The notes under the pieces were generated by a model, which worked only from the letters and a program-made list of their open reading frames with translations, was not told the DNA's origin and made no database searches. Shown piece by piece: positions 20,328 through 30,166 of a stretch of 64,000 bases of DNA. The position numbers and the translations under genes were made by a program. The first letter of the stretch is position 1, and the number at the start of each line of letters is the position of its first letter. Source of the stretch: a virus (taxonomy: Duplodnaviria > Heunggongvirae > Uroviricota > Caudoviricetes); IMG/VR virus record IMGVR_UViG_3300042691_014730, positions 20,856-84,855 of that record; one strand, 5' to 3'.

Positions 20328-22259
20328 ATGAAAATATTAGGTGATGTAATTGAAAGATTAATGAAGTCTGGAGCAAGTGCTGATGAAGCAATTGAAGCAG
20401 TTGCTAAACAATCTGGAAAATCAACAGATGAAGTGGCAGAAGCATTAAAAAGTACTTCAGATATTGCACCTCAAGTCCCAATTGGAAGTGGTAAAAACTT
20501 AAAAGCTTTACAAGAAGCAAGAGTTGGTGCTCCTGATGTTTCAGACATTGATTCTTATCCTAAAAATATAACACAAGATGAACTAGCTAATCCAGGTCCT
20601 TTTAAACTAGAAGGTGCTCCTCAATCTAAAGATTTTACAATGCCTGATCCTGAAGCTGGATTACCTGTACCAAGTTCTGGAAATATGCCACAACCTTCTA
20701 AACTAGATTTAGGATATAATAAAGCCCCTGATGAATATAGTAAATTAGGTACTAGTAATATAGATGTTGTAGATTATCAAGGTCCTCTTAGACCTTCTTC
20801 TGGCATTACAGAAGGATTTGATACAGATATGACTAAAAGAATCTCTGATCAAGTTGGTCCTATTAAATTCGATGAAAACCCATTAAAAAAGTTTATGCCA
20901 GCTGCAACAGCTGTAGCTGCAGGAGCTACTTTATATAATATGTCTGGAGATGGTGATTCTAAACAAAATATTACTTCTCCTAAACAACCAATTGAAAAAC
21001 AAAAAGATACACAAGCTCCTGTTGTTACTGAAGATAAAAAAGAAGATGCTTTACAAAATAAATCTATTAAACAAAAATTAATTGGAAGTAAAGTGACACC
21101 GATCACTGGAGAAAATAAAGAACAAGTATCTGCTGAACAAACTAAACCTGAACCTCAATCTCCTGAAGAAAAAACAATAGACAAATACTTAAAAATGATG
21201 GATGAGGCTGAACAGAAGCGACAAGACAATGAGTTTATAAATGCAATGTATCGTGCTGGGATTATGGCTGGTTCAGCAATAGCTGGAGTAAAAGCTGATT
21301 ATTCTCTAGTGGATGCTTTAGATAAGTTAGCAGATTCAGATGTCAAACGTGTTAAAAACACAATGATGACAGAGGCTGAAGTTCAAAAATTAAAGCAAGC
21401 TAGAAAAATGGAAATTCTAGAAGAGAAGGCTAATGATCCAAATAATCCAATTGCAGTAAAGGCTACAATGATGATGAGGAATCATATTCCAGGATTTCCA
21501 GAAGGTCATTCTATTGCTGAAATAGAGAAATTAACAGGATTAAAAGTTGCAACTATCTTAGGTTATGATGAAAATGAGAAAGCAAGAAAAGAGGCTGCTT
21601 CTGAAAGAAAAGAATTAAAACAATTAGAAATTGAATTACAACAGAAAGAAAAAGAAAAAAGATTAGATGAGAGACAACGTAAGTATGTTTCTGATTTAAG
21701 AAAAGAAACTAGAACTGGTGAATTAGGTAAAAAGTATAGAGAATTCACTAAACTAAATATAATAGTTAAAGCTTTGACTGATTTTTCTAAAGACCCAAGT
21801 GGTTATAGTGATTACGCTACTTTAATGGGAAGTTTAAAAGCTTTACAGGGTGATGAATCAGTAGTTAAAGAAGCAGAAATTCGACTAGGTATGGATGCTA
21901 CATCTTATTTTAATAAGTTAATGAACTCTGTTGAGAAATTTAGAACAGGAAAATCTTTGCAACCTTCTCAAAGAGAAGATATAATTAAAGCAGTAGATAA
22001 ATTGAGTTCTTTAAATCGTAATAGTTACTTAGAAGCAATTCAACCTATATTAATAAATGCTGAACAGGAAGGAATCGATAAAAGTTTAATTATTCCTCCA
22101 GATGTTGCTCTTGCTTTAGAATCTCAATCATATAAAAAGAATGATGTCGAAGATAAATCACCTTCTGTTAAAAAAAGTAAAGTTGGACAACAAGTTAAAA
22201 TTAGAGGAAAACTTTATAAGATAATTAACGAAAATGGTGATCTTGAGGAAGTTAAATAA
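20328..22259 (+). CDS. putative internal virion or ejection protein
   Basis: 643 aa. Late-motif box upstream. Pro/charged N-terminal half and coiled-coil C-terminal half. Confidence 0.4.
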   Translation: MKILGDVIERLMKSGASADEAIEAVAKQSGKSTDEVAEALKSTSDIAPQVPIGSGKNLKALQEARVGAPDVSDIDSYPKNITQDELANPGPFKLEGAPQSKDFTMPDPEAGLPVPSSGNMPQPSKLDLGYNKAPDEYSKLGTSNIDVVDYQGPLRPSSGITEGFDTDMTKRISDQVGPIKFDENPLKKFMPAATAVAAGATLYNMSGDGDSKQNITSPKQPIEKQKDTQAPVVTEDKKEDALQNKSIKQKLIGSKVTPITGENKEQVSAEQTKPEPQSPEEKTIDKYLKMMDEAEQKRQDNEFINAMYRAGIMAGSAIAGVKADYSLVDALDKLADSDVKRVKNTMMTEAEVQKLKQARKMEILEEKANDPNNPIAVKATMMMRNHIPGFPEGHSIAEIEKLTGLKVATILGYDENEKARKEAASERKELKQLEIELQQKEKEKRLDERQRKYVSDLRKETRTGELGKKYREFTKLNIIVKALTDFSKDPSGYSDYATLMGSLKALQGDESVVKEAEIRLGMDATSYFNKLMNSVEKFRTGKSLQPSQREDIIKAVDKLSSLNRNSYLEAIQPILINAEQEGIDKSLIIPPDVALALESQSYKKNDVEDKSPSVKKSKVGQQVKIRGKLYKIINENGDLEEVK

Positions 22260-24343
22260 TGAATATTAACGATTTTAAAGACGAAGAGATTGAATTTGTT
22301 GATAATATAAATGATGTTTCAGAAGACGAAATAGAGTTTATTGAGCAACCTAAGACAACATCCTCTGTTTTAAAAAATAAATTACTTTCAAGCGTTGAAG
22401 GTTCAGGAGATTCTTTATCTAATATTGCATCTGATACAATGTCAAATATTAAAGATTTAGGAATGGGAATTGCTCAAGGTTCTACTTTGGGCGGAGCTGA
22501 AGAAATAGGAGCAGGACTACAAACATTACTAGCTAAAATAATGCCTAATAGTCCATTAGACGTTGATAAACAATTAGCTGAACAAGGATTTAAAGGAGAT
22601 ATAACTCCTAGTGCTGGCGAGTTTTATAGACAAGCTGAAAATGAAGAACAAGCTAGGTTTAAAGAGGCAGAAGAAAGAAGCCCTTATTTGTATGGTGCTG
22701 GGGAATTAGGCGGAGCAATTACTACAGGTATTGCAACTGGTGGAGCAGTAGATAAAGTATTTGGGTTAGGTAAAGTAGCTTTAAAAGATATTTTAAAAAA
22801 CCAAGGAAAACAAGCTTTTGCTAAAGAAGTATTGAAACGTGGTGGTGTTCTAGGTGCAACTGGAACTGTTGAAGGTGGAATTGCTGGTGCTTTAGGTTCA
22901 GAAGAAGGTGAAATTATTGGTGCAACTCCTGAACAAACTGAAAAGTTAAAAGCAGACGCTGCTGGTGGTGCATTAATGGGTGGAACACTAGGTTTGGGTG
23001 GTAGTGTTCTTGCTGATGTTGTAAGTACTAAAACTGGAGAAATGTTAGAAGGTGCTAAAGTAAAATTGGATGAATTTGTAGAAGAAAAGCCGTTCTTAAG
23101 AAAACTTAAAGAACAATATAAAATGGGCAAAGATCAAATCGATCCTACTCGAGAAACAGATTTAGGTATTAAAACTAAATATGATGCTCAAGGTAACCCT
23201 ATTGTTGGACCTAAGGTTTCTCAGTATGCTCAGAATGAAGCAAGTAGAATAATGGATGAAATTATTGAAGCACGTAATGAAATAGGTAGAACTGTTGGAA
23301 AAGCATTAGACGATGCAGCACAGAAAGGCATTACTATTGATTTACGAAATGAAATAGCTAATGCTGGTCAAAGAATAATGAGTGCTTATAATTTAGCTCC
23401 TAATATAATGGTTAATCCAAAGGGTAGAGCGGCTTACGATAGAATGGTTCAAGCTGGAGGAGCGTCTATTAGTGAAATTAAAGCAGTATTAGATGACATG
23501 GACACTATCTATAATCAATTAGATTCAGTTAAAAATAAAGATACGGCAACTGAATTAACTATGCGTAATATTGCGGATTTTAGAAAACAAGTGTCTAATA
23601 AATTAAAAGAATCAATTCCTGAATATAAAAATGCTTCAGAAAGATTTCAAAGATTTAATGAATTAGTTCCTGAAACTATTATATCTAAAGATAAACCAAG
23701 AGATGTTGCTGGTGTATTTTTTGGTAACTTAAAAACACAACAACAAGATAATAAATTATACGATGCTTTAATTGATTTATTCGATAAAGGAACAGCTCCA
23801 GGTACTTCTAGTTTAAAAGGCAAAACTGCTTTAACTAATGTATTAGATGGATTAAAACAATTTGAATTAGAAGAAGCATTACGTGTGAATAAAGGTCAAA
23901 TTCCTAACTCTGCTTTAAAGCGTGGAGCTAAAGAATTTGAAAAAGACTTCCAAACTATATCAGATAAACTAGGTTCTATAAAGTTATCTATGTTTGAAAG
24001 AGCAGACTCTGGACAACAAGCTAAAGGACTTAACGTTTTATTTGGTTTAGGTGAAGGTATGGCTGGAACTTCAATGAGAGCGGCTAATATTGTTGGAAGA
24101 AACATGGATAATATTTCTAATGTATCTAAATCAGTGTATAAAATGCCAGCAAATAAAATGAATGAATTAGCTCAAAAACTTAAAGGTATTCCTGGACTTA
24201 AAACTTATGGAGAATACTTAGAAGAAGGACTTAATTCGAATAATTTAGCTAAAAGAAACGCAGCATTATTTACCATTGTACAAAATCCACAATCTCGTAT
24301 GCTAATATCAGCTGAAGATTTAGAAGAAACACCAGAGGAATAA
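22259..24343 (+). CDS. putative internal virion or ejection protein with Gly-rich hydrophobic segments
   Basis: 694 aa. GAGGAAG RBS. Glycine-zipper-like stretches (GGAITTGIATGGAV, GGALMGGTLGLGG). Confidence 0.4.
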   Translation: MNINDFKDEEIEFVDNINDVSEDEIEFIEQPKTTSSVLKNKLLSSVEGSGDSLSNIASDTMSNIKDLGMGIAQGSTLGGAEEIGAGLQTLLAKIMPNSPLDVDKQLAEQGFKGDITPSAGEFYRQAENEEQARFKEAEERSPYLYGAGELGGAITTGIATGGAVDKVFGLGKVALKDILKNQGKQAFAKEVLKRGGVLGATGTVEGGIAGALGSEEGEIIGATPEQTEKLKADAAGGALMGGTLGLGGSVLADVVSTKTGEMLEGAKVKLDEFVEEKPFLRKLKEQYKMGKDQIDPTRETDLGIKTKYDAQGNPIVGPKVSQYAQNEASRIMDEIIEARNEIGRTVGKALDDAAQKGITIDLRNEIANAGQRIMSAYNLAPNIMVNPKGRAAYDRMVQAGGASISEIKAVLDDMDTIYNQLDSVKNKDTATELTMRNIADFRKQVSNKLKESIPEYKNASERFQRFNELVPETIISKDKPRDVAGVFFGNLKTQQQDNKLYDALIDLFDKGTAPGTSSLKGKTALTNVLDGLKQFELEEALRVNKGQIPNSALKRGAKEFEKDFQTISDKLGSIKLSMFERADSGQQAKGLNVLFGLGEGMAGTSMRAANIVGRNMDNISNVSKSVYKMPANKMNELAQKLKGIPGLKTYGEYLEEGLNSNNLAKRNAALFTIVQNPQSRMLISAEDLEETPEE

Positions 24344-24344
24344 A

Positions 24345-24740
24345 ATGAAAGAATGGTTACAAGCATCAACAATTAGTCTATTTGCAGTATTCGCTCCTAT
24401 TAAAGCAATTATTATAACTGTTGGGTTTTTAATTGTTATGGATTGTATTACTGGTATTTTTGCAGCAATGAAGAGAGGTGAGAAAATTTCAAGTGCTGCA
24501 TTGAGAAGAACTGTAACTAAAGCATTCGTATATCAATCTGCGGTAATTACCGGGTTTTTGGTAGAAGTCTACTTGATTGATAAAGCATTTCCTATTAATA
24601 AAGTAGTTGCTGGACTAATAGGTGTTGTTGAATTTAAATCTATATTAGAAAATCTAAACACTATTCACGGTGAAAACCTATTTAAATCTATTATTGAAAA
24701 GCTAGGAAGCATCAATGATAAACTTAATAAAAAAGACTAG
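24345..24740 (+). CDS. putative holin (small protein with at least two TM helices)
   Basis: 131 aa. Hydrophobic helices LFAVFAPIKAIIITVGFLIVMDCITGIF and AFVYQSAVITGFLVEVYL with a charged C-terminus. Last gene of the late operon. Confidence 0.4.
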   Translation: MKEWLQASTISLFAVFAPIKAIIITVGFLIVMDCITGIFAAMKRGEKISSAALRRTVTKAFVYQSAVITGFLVEVYLIDKAFPINKVVAGLIGVVEFKSILENLNTIHGENLFKSIIEKLGSINDKLNKKD

Positions 24741-25186
24741 TCAGTATCTTTTGTATCAAATAACGATACTAATGAATCACTTAATGATTCGTCTTCCTCT
24801 GTACTTTCTGTAATTTCAAATTCTTTCTTTTTCATATCTTCTAAGTAATCCATGTTATGATCACCTTGAGCTTTCTGTTTAGTATATACGCATCTATTTC
24901 TTTGGTTATTACGTCTATAACACTCTAGTTCACCTTCTTTATCTTTGATAATTCTATCTCCTTTATGATTAAAATTAGCACATACTGTTTCTTCCATAAA
25001 CGAATTTAACCATTCTTTAGGGTTCATCTTCTTAACTGTACCATCTGCTAAAGTAACTTCTATTTCTCTATCAGGAATTTTCTTAGCATATGTTGCAACG
25101 TCTGCGATTTCTTCATATCTTGTTTTCAGGTTTAACTCAGGGTCTAGAGCTTTATATTTAACTTTATCTCGTTTAGTTTTAGCCAT
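24737..25186 (-). CDS. hypothetical protein
   Basis: 149 aa ORF convergent with the late operon. Confidence 0.35.
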   Translation of the reverse strand: MAKTKRDKVKYKALDPELNLKTRYEEIADVATYAKKIPDREIEVTLADGTVKKMNPKEWLNSFMEETVCANFNHKGDRIIKDKEGELECYRRNNQRNRCVYTKQKAQGDHNMDYLEDMKKKEFEITESTEEDESLSDSLVSLFDTKDTD

Positions 25187-25841
25187 TTTTTCTCCTAGAA
25201 TGACGAATTACGTCTCTTTGTTCTCTGGTAAATATTTTACAAATAAATTCAGGATTGATTTTAAACCATTTACTTCTGTTTGAGCTTCTTCTTGAATTAG
25301 GTAAATATAAACTCAACATACTAATAAAAACAGGGTATGAGAACCTCGACTGTTTTCTTCTTAATCTACAGAGTTCACGATATGCTTCATATATAATAAA
25401 CCCTTCACACCACTTAATTCCGCCTTGTATATTGGTTTCTTTTAAAAAGTTTTCAAAAGCTTTTCTATGTGATTGATTCTTTGTTTTATTTATACTAGAT
25501 TTAGATAATTGATTGTATAGCATCTTAGATATATTAATAGAGTTAATATTAATTTTAAAAAACTTACCTTTTGAGTTAGTATAATATGGTAAATGTTTAT
25601 TAATTTCTAAAGCAAATTGTATTTTATTAACAGGGTTATTAGAATACGCTTTGTATAGTTTATCAATTAAACTTGCATGCACGTTATTTTCACCTGGTAT
25701 AATATTAAACCTACTTAAAAAAGGAATAACGTCATTAAAATATTCGCTAATTTCTTCTTGTTCAGAAACATCTGATTCATCATTTAAAGCATCTAAAAGA
25801 TCCTCTGTATCAATTTGGTGGGGTAACTTAGGGTTATTCAT
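25179..25841 (-). CDS. hypothetical protein
   Basis: 220 aa ORF. Confidence 0.35.
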   Translation of the reverse strand: MNNPKLPHQIDTEDLLDALNDESDVSEQEEISEYFNDVIPFLSRFNIIPGENNVHASLIDKLYKAYSNNPVNKIQFALEINKHLPYYTNSKGKFFKININSINISKMLYNQLSKSSINKTKNQSHRKAFENFLKETNIQGGIKWCEGFIIYEAYRELCRLRRKQSRFSYPVFISMLSLYLPNSRRSSNRSKWFKINPEFICKIFTREQRDVIRHSRRKNG

Positions 25842-26224
25842 TATCTAAGCTCCTGTGCCCCTTTAATAGCTAAACTAGTGGCTAATACACCTAATACGAA
25901 CCACCCTGCTCTTTCATAATTATTTACTTTCTTGATTGATTCTAGGTCTTCATGTAGTTTAACGTTGCGTTGTTTATAGTAATGAATTTGTTCATCTTTA
26001 AGTTCTAATTGTTCGACCTGTAAGTTAATTATTTTTTTCTGATTGGCGTTTAGCTTCTTTTGTGTTTCTAGATCAATAAGTTTATTTTTAACTTCTATTG
26101 CTTTAGAAGGAGTGAATAAATAACCAGTATATGGTGCGGGTTCGTTTCTTTCTATGTATACAACATCAGCCTTACTATTTAGACTTATTAAAGAAATCAA
26201 GAATATCTTGAACATTGTTCTCAT
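25841..26224 (-). CDS. secreted coiled-coil protein with C-terminal TM helix (spanin-like)
   Basis: N-terminal signal-like segment, central coiled coil, C-terminal hydrophobic helix. No lipobox cysteine. Confidence 0.35.
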   Translation of the reverse strand: MRTMFKIFLISLISLNSKADVVYIERNEPAPYTGYLFTPSKAIEVKNKLIDLETQKKLNANQKKIINLQVEQLELKDEQIHYYKQRNVKLHEDLESIKKVNNYERAGWFVLGVLATSLAIKGAQELR

Positions 26225-26432
26225 TTTTCTTCTCCTCCCCTTCTTTAATTATCTGTTTATCTTCTTTTTGAATAGAATCAATTTGTTTATCTATGTTATC
26301 CACTTCTTTCTCAATTCGTTTAACTTGTTCTTCTAGTTTTTTATCTGTTGATACTGCATTCTTTTGTACAAAGAATCGATATAAAATCAATCCCATTGTT
26401 GAACCAAGAATAGCAATTATTAATTCATTCAT
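26175..26432 (-). CDS. membrane-anchored coiled-coil protein (i-spanin-like), start moved to ATG 26432
   Basis: GGAG RBS before MNELIIAILGSTMGLILYRFF (TM helix) followed by a K/E-rich coiled coil. Confidence 0.4.
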   Translation of the reverse strand: MNELIIAILGSTMGLILYRFFVQKNAVSTDKKLEEQVKRIEKEVDNIDKQIDSIQKEDKQIIKEGEEKKNENNVQDILDFFNKSK

Positions 26433-26620
26433 CTTTTCTCCGTTAATACTAGTAATACTTTTATACTTGTTAAGTAAGTTAAAAAAGTAACAAGATGCAC
26501 ACATACTCTATCAAAATAACTAGAATCCAATCCAAACATATAATACATGATTATTATATATGTGTAAAAGAAAGTTCCTGCTATTAAATTGTTGATTAGT
26601 TCTTGAAATTTACTATTCAT
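26429..26620 (-). CDS. small two-TM membrane protein
   Basis: 63 aa and hydrophobic. Confidence 0.35.
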   Translation of the reverse strand: MNSKFQELINNLIAGTFFYTYIIIMYYMFGLDSSYFDRVCVHLVTFLTYLTSIKVLLVLTEKR

Positions 26621-26967
26621 TTTTTCTTCTTTTTCTTATCTTCTTTGTATTTCTTTCTAAATTCGTCCTCAATCATTGTTTTAGTTTCATGACAAGCTAC
26701 ACAACATATTTGAAACGAACTAGGGTCTTCTGGCAATAAACGTTCAATGTATGAGTCGAATGTCGTAAATCCTTCTTTAATGTCAATTACTGGTTCAATA
26801 TGGTCAATCTGCACATCTTTTCTTTTAAAGGAATCACCACACATAGCACATTTATATAATCCACGTTCAATCCTAGCATCAGTAAGTGCTTGATTTCTTG
26901 CCCACCATCTCAACGATGCTGAACGAAGAACGTGTTTTACAAAAGATATTCTATTTTGCTTCTTCAT
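26617..26967 (-). CDS. HNH endonuclease
   Basis: CxxC...DHIxP...N...CxxCH HNH pattern (CAMCGD...QIDHIEPV...CCVACHETK). Confidence 0.6.
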   Translation of the reverse strand: MKKQNRISFVKHVLRSASLRWWARNQALTDARIERGLYKCAMCGDSFKRKDVQIDHIEPVIDIKEGFTTFDSYIERLLPEDPSSFQICCVACHETKTMIEDEFRKKYKEDKKKKKK

Positions 26968-26976
26968 TACTGTTCC

Positions 26977-27005
26977 AGTATATCATACTTTCTTAATTTT
27001 GTCAA
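26977..27005 (-). promoter_or_regulatory. sigma70-like promoter (TTGACA-N17-TATACT) reading leftwards
   Basis: Reverse complement reads TTGACA at 27005-27000, a 17-nt spacer, then TATACT. Confidence 0.5.
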
Positions 27006-27423
27006 GTAATTTTATATCGTCTGGTACTAAATCGTTTAGTTTCCAGAAATAAGTTAGAGCAAAAAAAGAATTAATATCTGGTTTATCGTAATGTGCTCTC
27101 TTAAACACTTTTAAAAACTCAACCTTTTGAGATTGAGTTGCTTTGTTTTCTTTTATAGCTCTTAAGTAGAAAGGATGTTCTTCAGGTGAAATAGACTTAT
27201 CGAATACTTGAACTACTAAAGTTGGGTTTATTACTTCCCAAGTTAGTCCTTCTTCTGGAGGCTCACCTTGATAATACAATAGCGTTTGTTTTAACTGTTC
27301 TAAATTATGAAAACTATATGAATAAGCTATTTCATCTGAGTCATTATTAAACCCTAACCTTCCTTGATAGTAGATCACTTCTTGTTCAGCTTCTTTAATA
27401 AGTTTTTGTATTTTATCTATCAT
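26983..27423 (-). CDS. hypothetical protein
   Basis: 146 aa ORF. Confidence 0.35.
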   Translation of the reverse strand: MIDKIQKLIKEAEQEVIYYQGRLGFNNDSDEIAYSYSFHNLEQLKQTLLYYQGEPPEEGLTWEVINPTLVVQVFDKSISPEEHPFYLRAIKENKATQSQKVEFLKVFKRAHYDKPDINSFFALTYFWKLNDLVPDDIKLLDKIKKV

Positions 27424-27811
27424 TCTTTTTCCTTAGTTCAGTAAATTTGCAATCTTCGTTTAAACAGAATACCATGTTCCCAAAACTAAGTCTATCAATT
27501 CTAACTTCCCCATTACATTTACAACATTTGTTATTATTCTCTGTTTTCATTTGTTTAAGTGTTTGATCTTTCTTAGCTGCTTCAATTGCGTCTTCTACAC
27601 TAAAGTCTTCTAATGAACCCTTTAAGAACTTTTTAGTTTTATCAAATGCTGATTCTAATGTCTTTATTTCAGATTTTAACTGTCTATTCTCTCTTTCTAA
27701 TTTTTGTATTCTTTCTTTTAATTTTGATAACTCTCCATCTTTCTCTTCTCTATTATACGTTCTATGTTTAGATTTACCCAATTTAAACTCCTTATGAGCC
27801 AGTTGAACCAA
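27413..27811 (-). CDS. coiled-coil protein with C-terminal zinc ribbon
   Basis: CCKCNG...FCLNEDC cysteine pattern. Confidence 0.35.
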   Translation of the reverse strand: MVQLAHKEFKLGKSKHRTYNREEKDGELSKLKERIQKLERENRQLKSEIKTLESAFDKTKKFLKGSLEDFSVEDAIEAAKKDQTLKQMKTENNNKCCKCNGEVRIDRLSFGNMVFCLNEDCKFTELRKKNDR

Positions 27812-28220
27812 AGCCTCCAGTACCTCTGTCAGTAGAACTCAATTCGTCTACTTCTTCAAATTCTATTTGCGGATACGGTATAATCATTATTTGTCCGATT
27901 CTTTCATTTTCATCGAATACTTTCTCAAAATAATAATCTTTTGCTGTTGATCTGTATTTAAACATTATGGATCCTCTGTACTGACTATCTATAACTCCTA
28001 CACTATTAGCCATAATTAAATCTTTTTTAAATACACTTGATCTAGGAAATAGTAGTCCTACGTGTCCTTCTGGAATTTCAATAGCTAATCCTGTATCATA
28101 TGTAATTATATTTCCTTCAATCTCATAGTCAATAGCTGTTAAATCTAATGCTGCATCTCCTGGTTTGGCATATTTTGGAATAATAGCATCTTTGTGTAAT
28201 TTTTTTATTTTAACCTTCAT
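27792..28220 (-). CDS. dut: dUTP diphosphatase
   Basis: dUTPase motifs: AGxDL (PGDAALDLTA), GLLFPRSS, VIDSQYRG, C-terminal RGTGGFGSTG. Confidence 0.75.
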   Translation of the reverse strand: MKVKIKKLHKDAIIPKYAKPGDAALDLTAIDYEIEGNIITYDTGLAIEIPEGHVGLLFPRSSVFKKDLIMANSVGVIDSQYRGSIMFKYRSTAKDYYFEKVFDENERIGQIMIIPYPQIEFEEVDELSSTDRGTGGFGSTGS

Positions 28221-28878
28221 TCTTTCCTCCGTATAAATAAGCCTTCTGTCCTAGTTTTTCTAATTGACGAACTGAAGTACGTAATTCAGAAATATTTCCA
28301 TTATTATATAAAATAAAATCGTATTCTGAATCTTCTCCTAAATTATTTTCACTAATATGACCATCATTACTATCGTCAACCATTTCTCTTTTAATTCTAC
28401 AAATTATTCCTTTAAGATTTTTAATAAACTTTCTTTCGTGACTAAATCTCATATCAGCAATTACCACAGGTGTTTCAATTTTATCAATTGTGTTTTTTAA
28501 TAAATTAATCCAGAAGTCATTCCCATACATTTCTTTTCTAACAATATCTGTTCCAATTGTTTGCATTATTGTTCTTGGTGATTCGAAACTAAGTTCAATT
28601 GTTTTAGAATCTTCTGGTATTTCAAACTTTAAATTAAAATATTCATTTATGTTTTCACATAACTCATATTTATTTAGAATAACCTTTTTACTAAAAGCTA
28701 CATCTTTTAAATTTTCATCATAAAAGTTTTTTAATGGTATTTTAGTAACTGCTGCACACATTTTTTTTAAATCATCTCCAAAACTGAGTTTAGTATACCC
28801 AAATTCAGACACTAAAATATCAGCCGATGTATCTTTTCCTGAACGTTTTTTTCCTCCTAGCCCTAAAACAAATCCCAT
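28210..28878 (-). CDS. deoxynucleoside monophosphate kinase (T4 gp1-like)
   Basis: GGKKRSGKDTSADI P-loop closely matches T4 gp1 GVKRSGKDTTADFI. C-terminal NNGNISELRTSV resembles T4 NDGSLEELFSKI. Confidence 0.65.
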   Translation of the reverse strand: MGFVLGLGGKKRSGKDTSADILVSEFGYTKLSFGDDLKKMCAAVTKIPLKNFYDENLKDVAFSKKVILNKYELCENINEYFNLKFEIPEDSKTIELSFESPRTIMQTIGTDIVRKEMYGNDFWINLLKNTIDKIETPVVIADMRFSHERKFIKNLKGIICRIKREMVDDSNDGHISENNLGEDSEYDFILYNNGNISELRTSVRQLEKLGQKAYLYGGKNEG

Positions 28879-28885
28879 ATTCCTC

Positions 28886-29869
28886 CTATCGTGCGGTTTT
28901 CTTTCTTAGACTTTTACGTTTCTCTAAACTCAGTAGGTTCTTTGAATCCCTAGATTCGTGACCACAATCGATACAACGATATCTTTGGAACTTTCCTGTG
29001 TTAGAATAATGATATCCTGCTTTTTTAAATCTAGTTCCACCGCATGAACTACATGAGTTATCTGTATCATCGTGGTAAACATTAAAGTCGATACTATTAT
29101 CCCAAGGAATTAACTTATAATATACTGATTCTAACGTTAAAACGTCATTTTTATTATAACGCTCCATTTCATTCCAAGCTTCTTGATTACCTTTCAAACA
29201 CTCCATCCATAATTCATGTCCTGGATATTTTTTATGTTTTAACTTCTTATACTTAGCTCCTAAAAAGTCTGCTAAATATTCTAATTTATTAGACGTAAAT
29301 CCGAAATGTTTTTTTGCTATACGTTTCGTATCTATCTGTCTAAAGCTACTAGGTGGCTGAAATCCATTATAAATAATTCGAGCATTTAATCGTTTAGTGT
29401 CAAAAGCAATACTGTTATGACCGATAACAATATCTGCTTCATTCATTAATTTCCAAATGTTTTTTAACAAGGTTTTATCGTTATGTACGTCCTTGTTCTT
29501 CCTATTATCTTCATATAAGATTTCATCTGAATGTAACCATTTAGCACTCCAACTAAGAATACTCCAATCCTTAACTACTTGATTCAAACCGACGTTATTG
29601 TCCCACAATCCCCAAACGTGAGCAATAATAGGAGCTGTTTCAATATCTAGTAATAGTACTTTGGGTTTTTTCTTTTCGGTTACAATGGAATCGCTGTAAC
29701 GATAGAATGCTTTTTTTATAGCATTTGGTGTTTTCTCTAAACCAAATTCATCGTTTAAAAGTAACGATATCTCTTGACAGGAATGATTTTGGTATAGTTC
29801 TTTGAGTCGATTAATTGACTCTTGTGACCAATCATTCTTTGATCTAGATTTTAATTTAATGTTTTTCAT
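28886..29869 (-). CDS. DnaQ-like 3'-5' exonuclease (DEDD) with C-terminal zinc ribbon
   Basis: LLLDIETAP (Exo I), GHNSIAFD (Exo II-like), C-terminal CSSCGG...CIDCGHE. Confidence 0.5.
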   Translation of the reverse strand: MKNIKLKSRSKNDWSQESINRLKELYQNHSCQEISLLLNDEFGLEKTPNAIKKAFYRYSDSIVTEKKKPKVLLLDIETAPIIAHVWGLWDNNVGLNQVVKDWSILSWSAKWLHSDEILYEDNRKNKDVHNDKTLLKNIWKLMNEADIVIGHNSIAFDTKRLNARIIYNGFQPPSSFRQIDTKRIAKKHFGFTSNKLEYLADFLGAKYKKLKHKKYPGHELWMECLKGNQEAWNEMERYNKNDVLTLESVYYKLIPWDNSIDFNVYHDDTDNSCSSCGGTRFKKAGYHYSNTGKFQRYRCIDCGHESRDSKNLLSLEKRKSLRKKTAR

Positions 29870-30120
29870 TCTTCGCTCTCTTTTTCAACTAAATCAGATA
29901 TTCTATCTAACTCGTCTCTAATTTGTTTAATTCTATTAGAATATTCCGATCTAATATAATTTAATTCGTTTGCTATATGTTTTAATCTTGAATCTGTTGT
30001 ACTTCCATCATTTAATACCGACATACATAGTTGCATATTTTTTAAATTAATTTCAATATTCTTAAGTGTCTTTAAGAGTGCTTTCCTTCTTTTTCTCATT
30101 GAAAAACTATGAACTGTCAT
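29866..30120 (-). CDS. hypothetical coiled-coil protein
   Basis: GGAG RBS. First gene after promoter P2. Confidence 0.4.
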   Translation of the reverse strand: MTVHSFSMRKRRKALLKTLKNIEINLKNMQLCMSVLNDGSTTDSRLKHIANELNYIRSEYSNRIKQIRDELDRISDLVEKESEE

Positions 30121-30137
30121 CGTAACTCCTAATTTCT

Positions 30138-30166
30138 ACTATACCACATTTTTAATAAAAAGTCAA
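30138..30166 (-). promoter_or_regulatory. sigma70-like promoter TTGACT-N17-TATAGT with TGG extended -10
   Basis: + strand reads actataccacatttttaataaaaagtcaa; the reverse complement gives the -35 and -10 hexamers. Confidence 0.6.

Noticed and set aside
2102-23130. Short ORFs antisense to structural genes: 2102..2287, 5289..5549, 5560..5781, 6918..7211, 9598..9894, 10396..10695, 13056..13250, 14190..14486, 16057..16257 (+, in frame-shifted overlap), 16546..16776, 17776..18096, 19335..19517, 20849..21106, 21563..21748, 22684..23130, 23896..24105
   Set aside because: They lie entirely within longer, well-supported + strand genes, lack RBSs, and have low-complexity products (Ser/Leu/Phe-rich) typical of antisense frames in AT-rich DNA.
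24700-24760. Possible bidirectional terminator at the convergence point of the two transcription blocks (AGTATC-N16-GATACT)
   Set aside because: The stem is only 6 bp, is AT-rich, and has no flanking U/A tracts. Not convincing as an intrinsic terminator.
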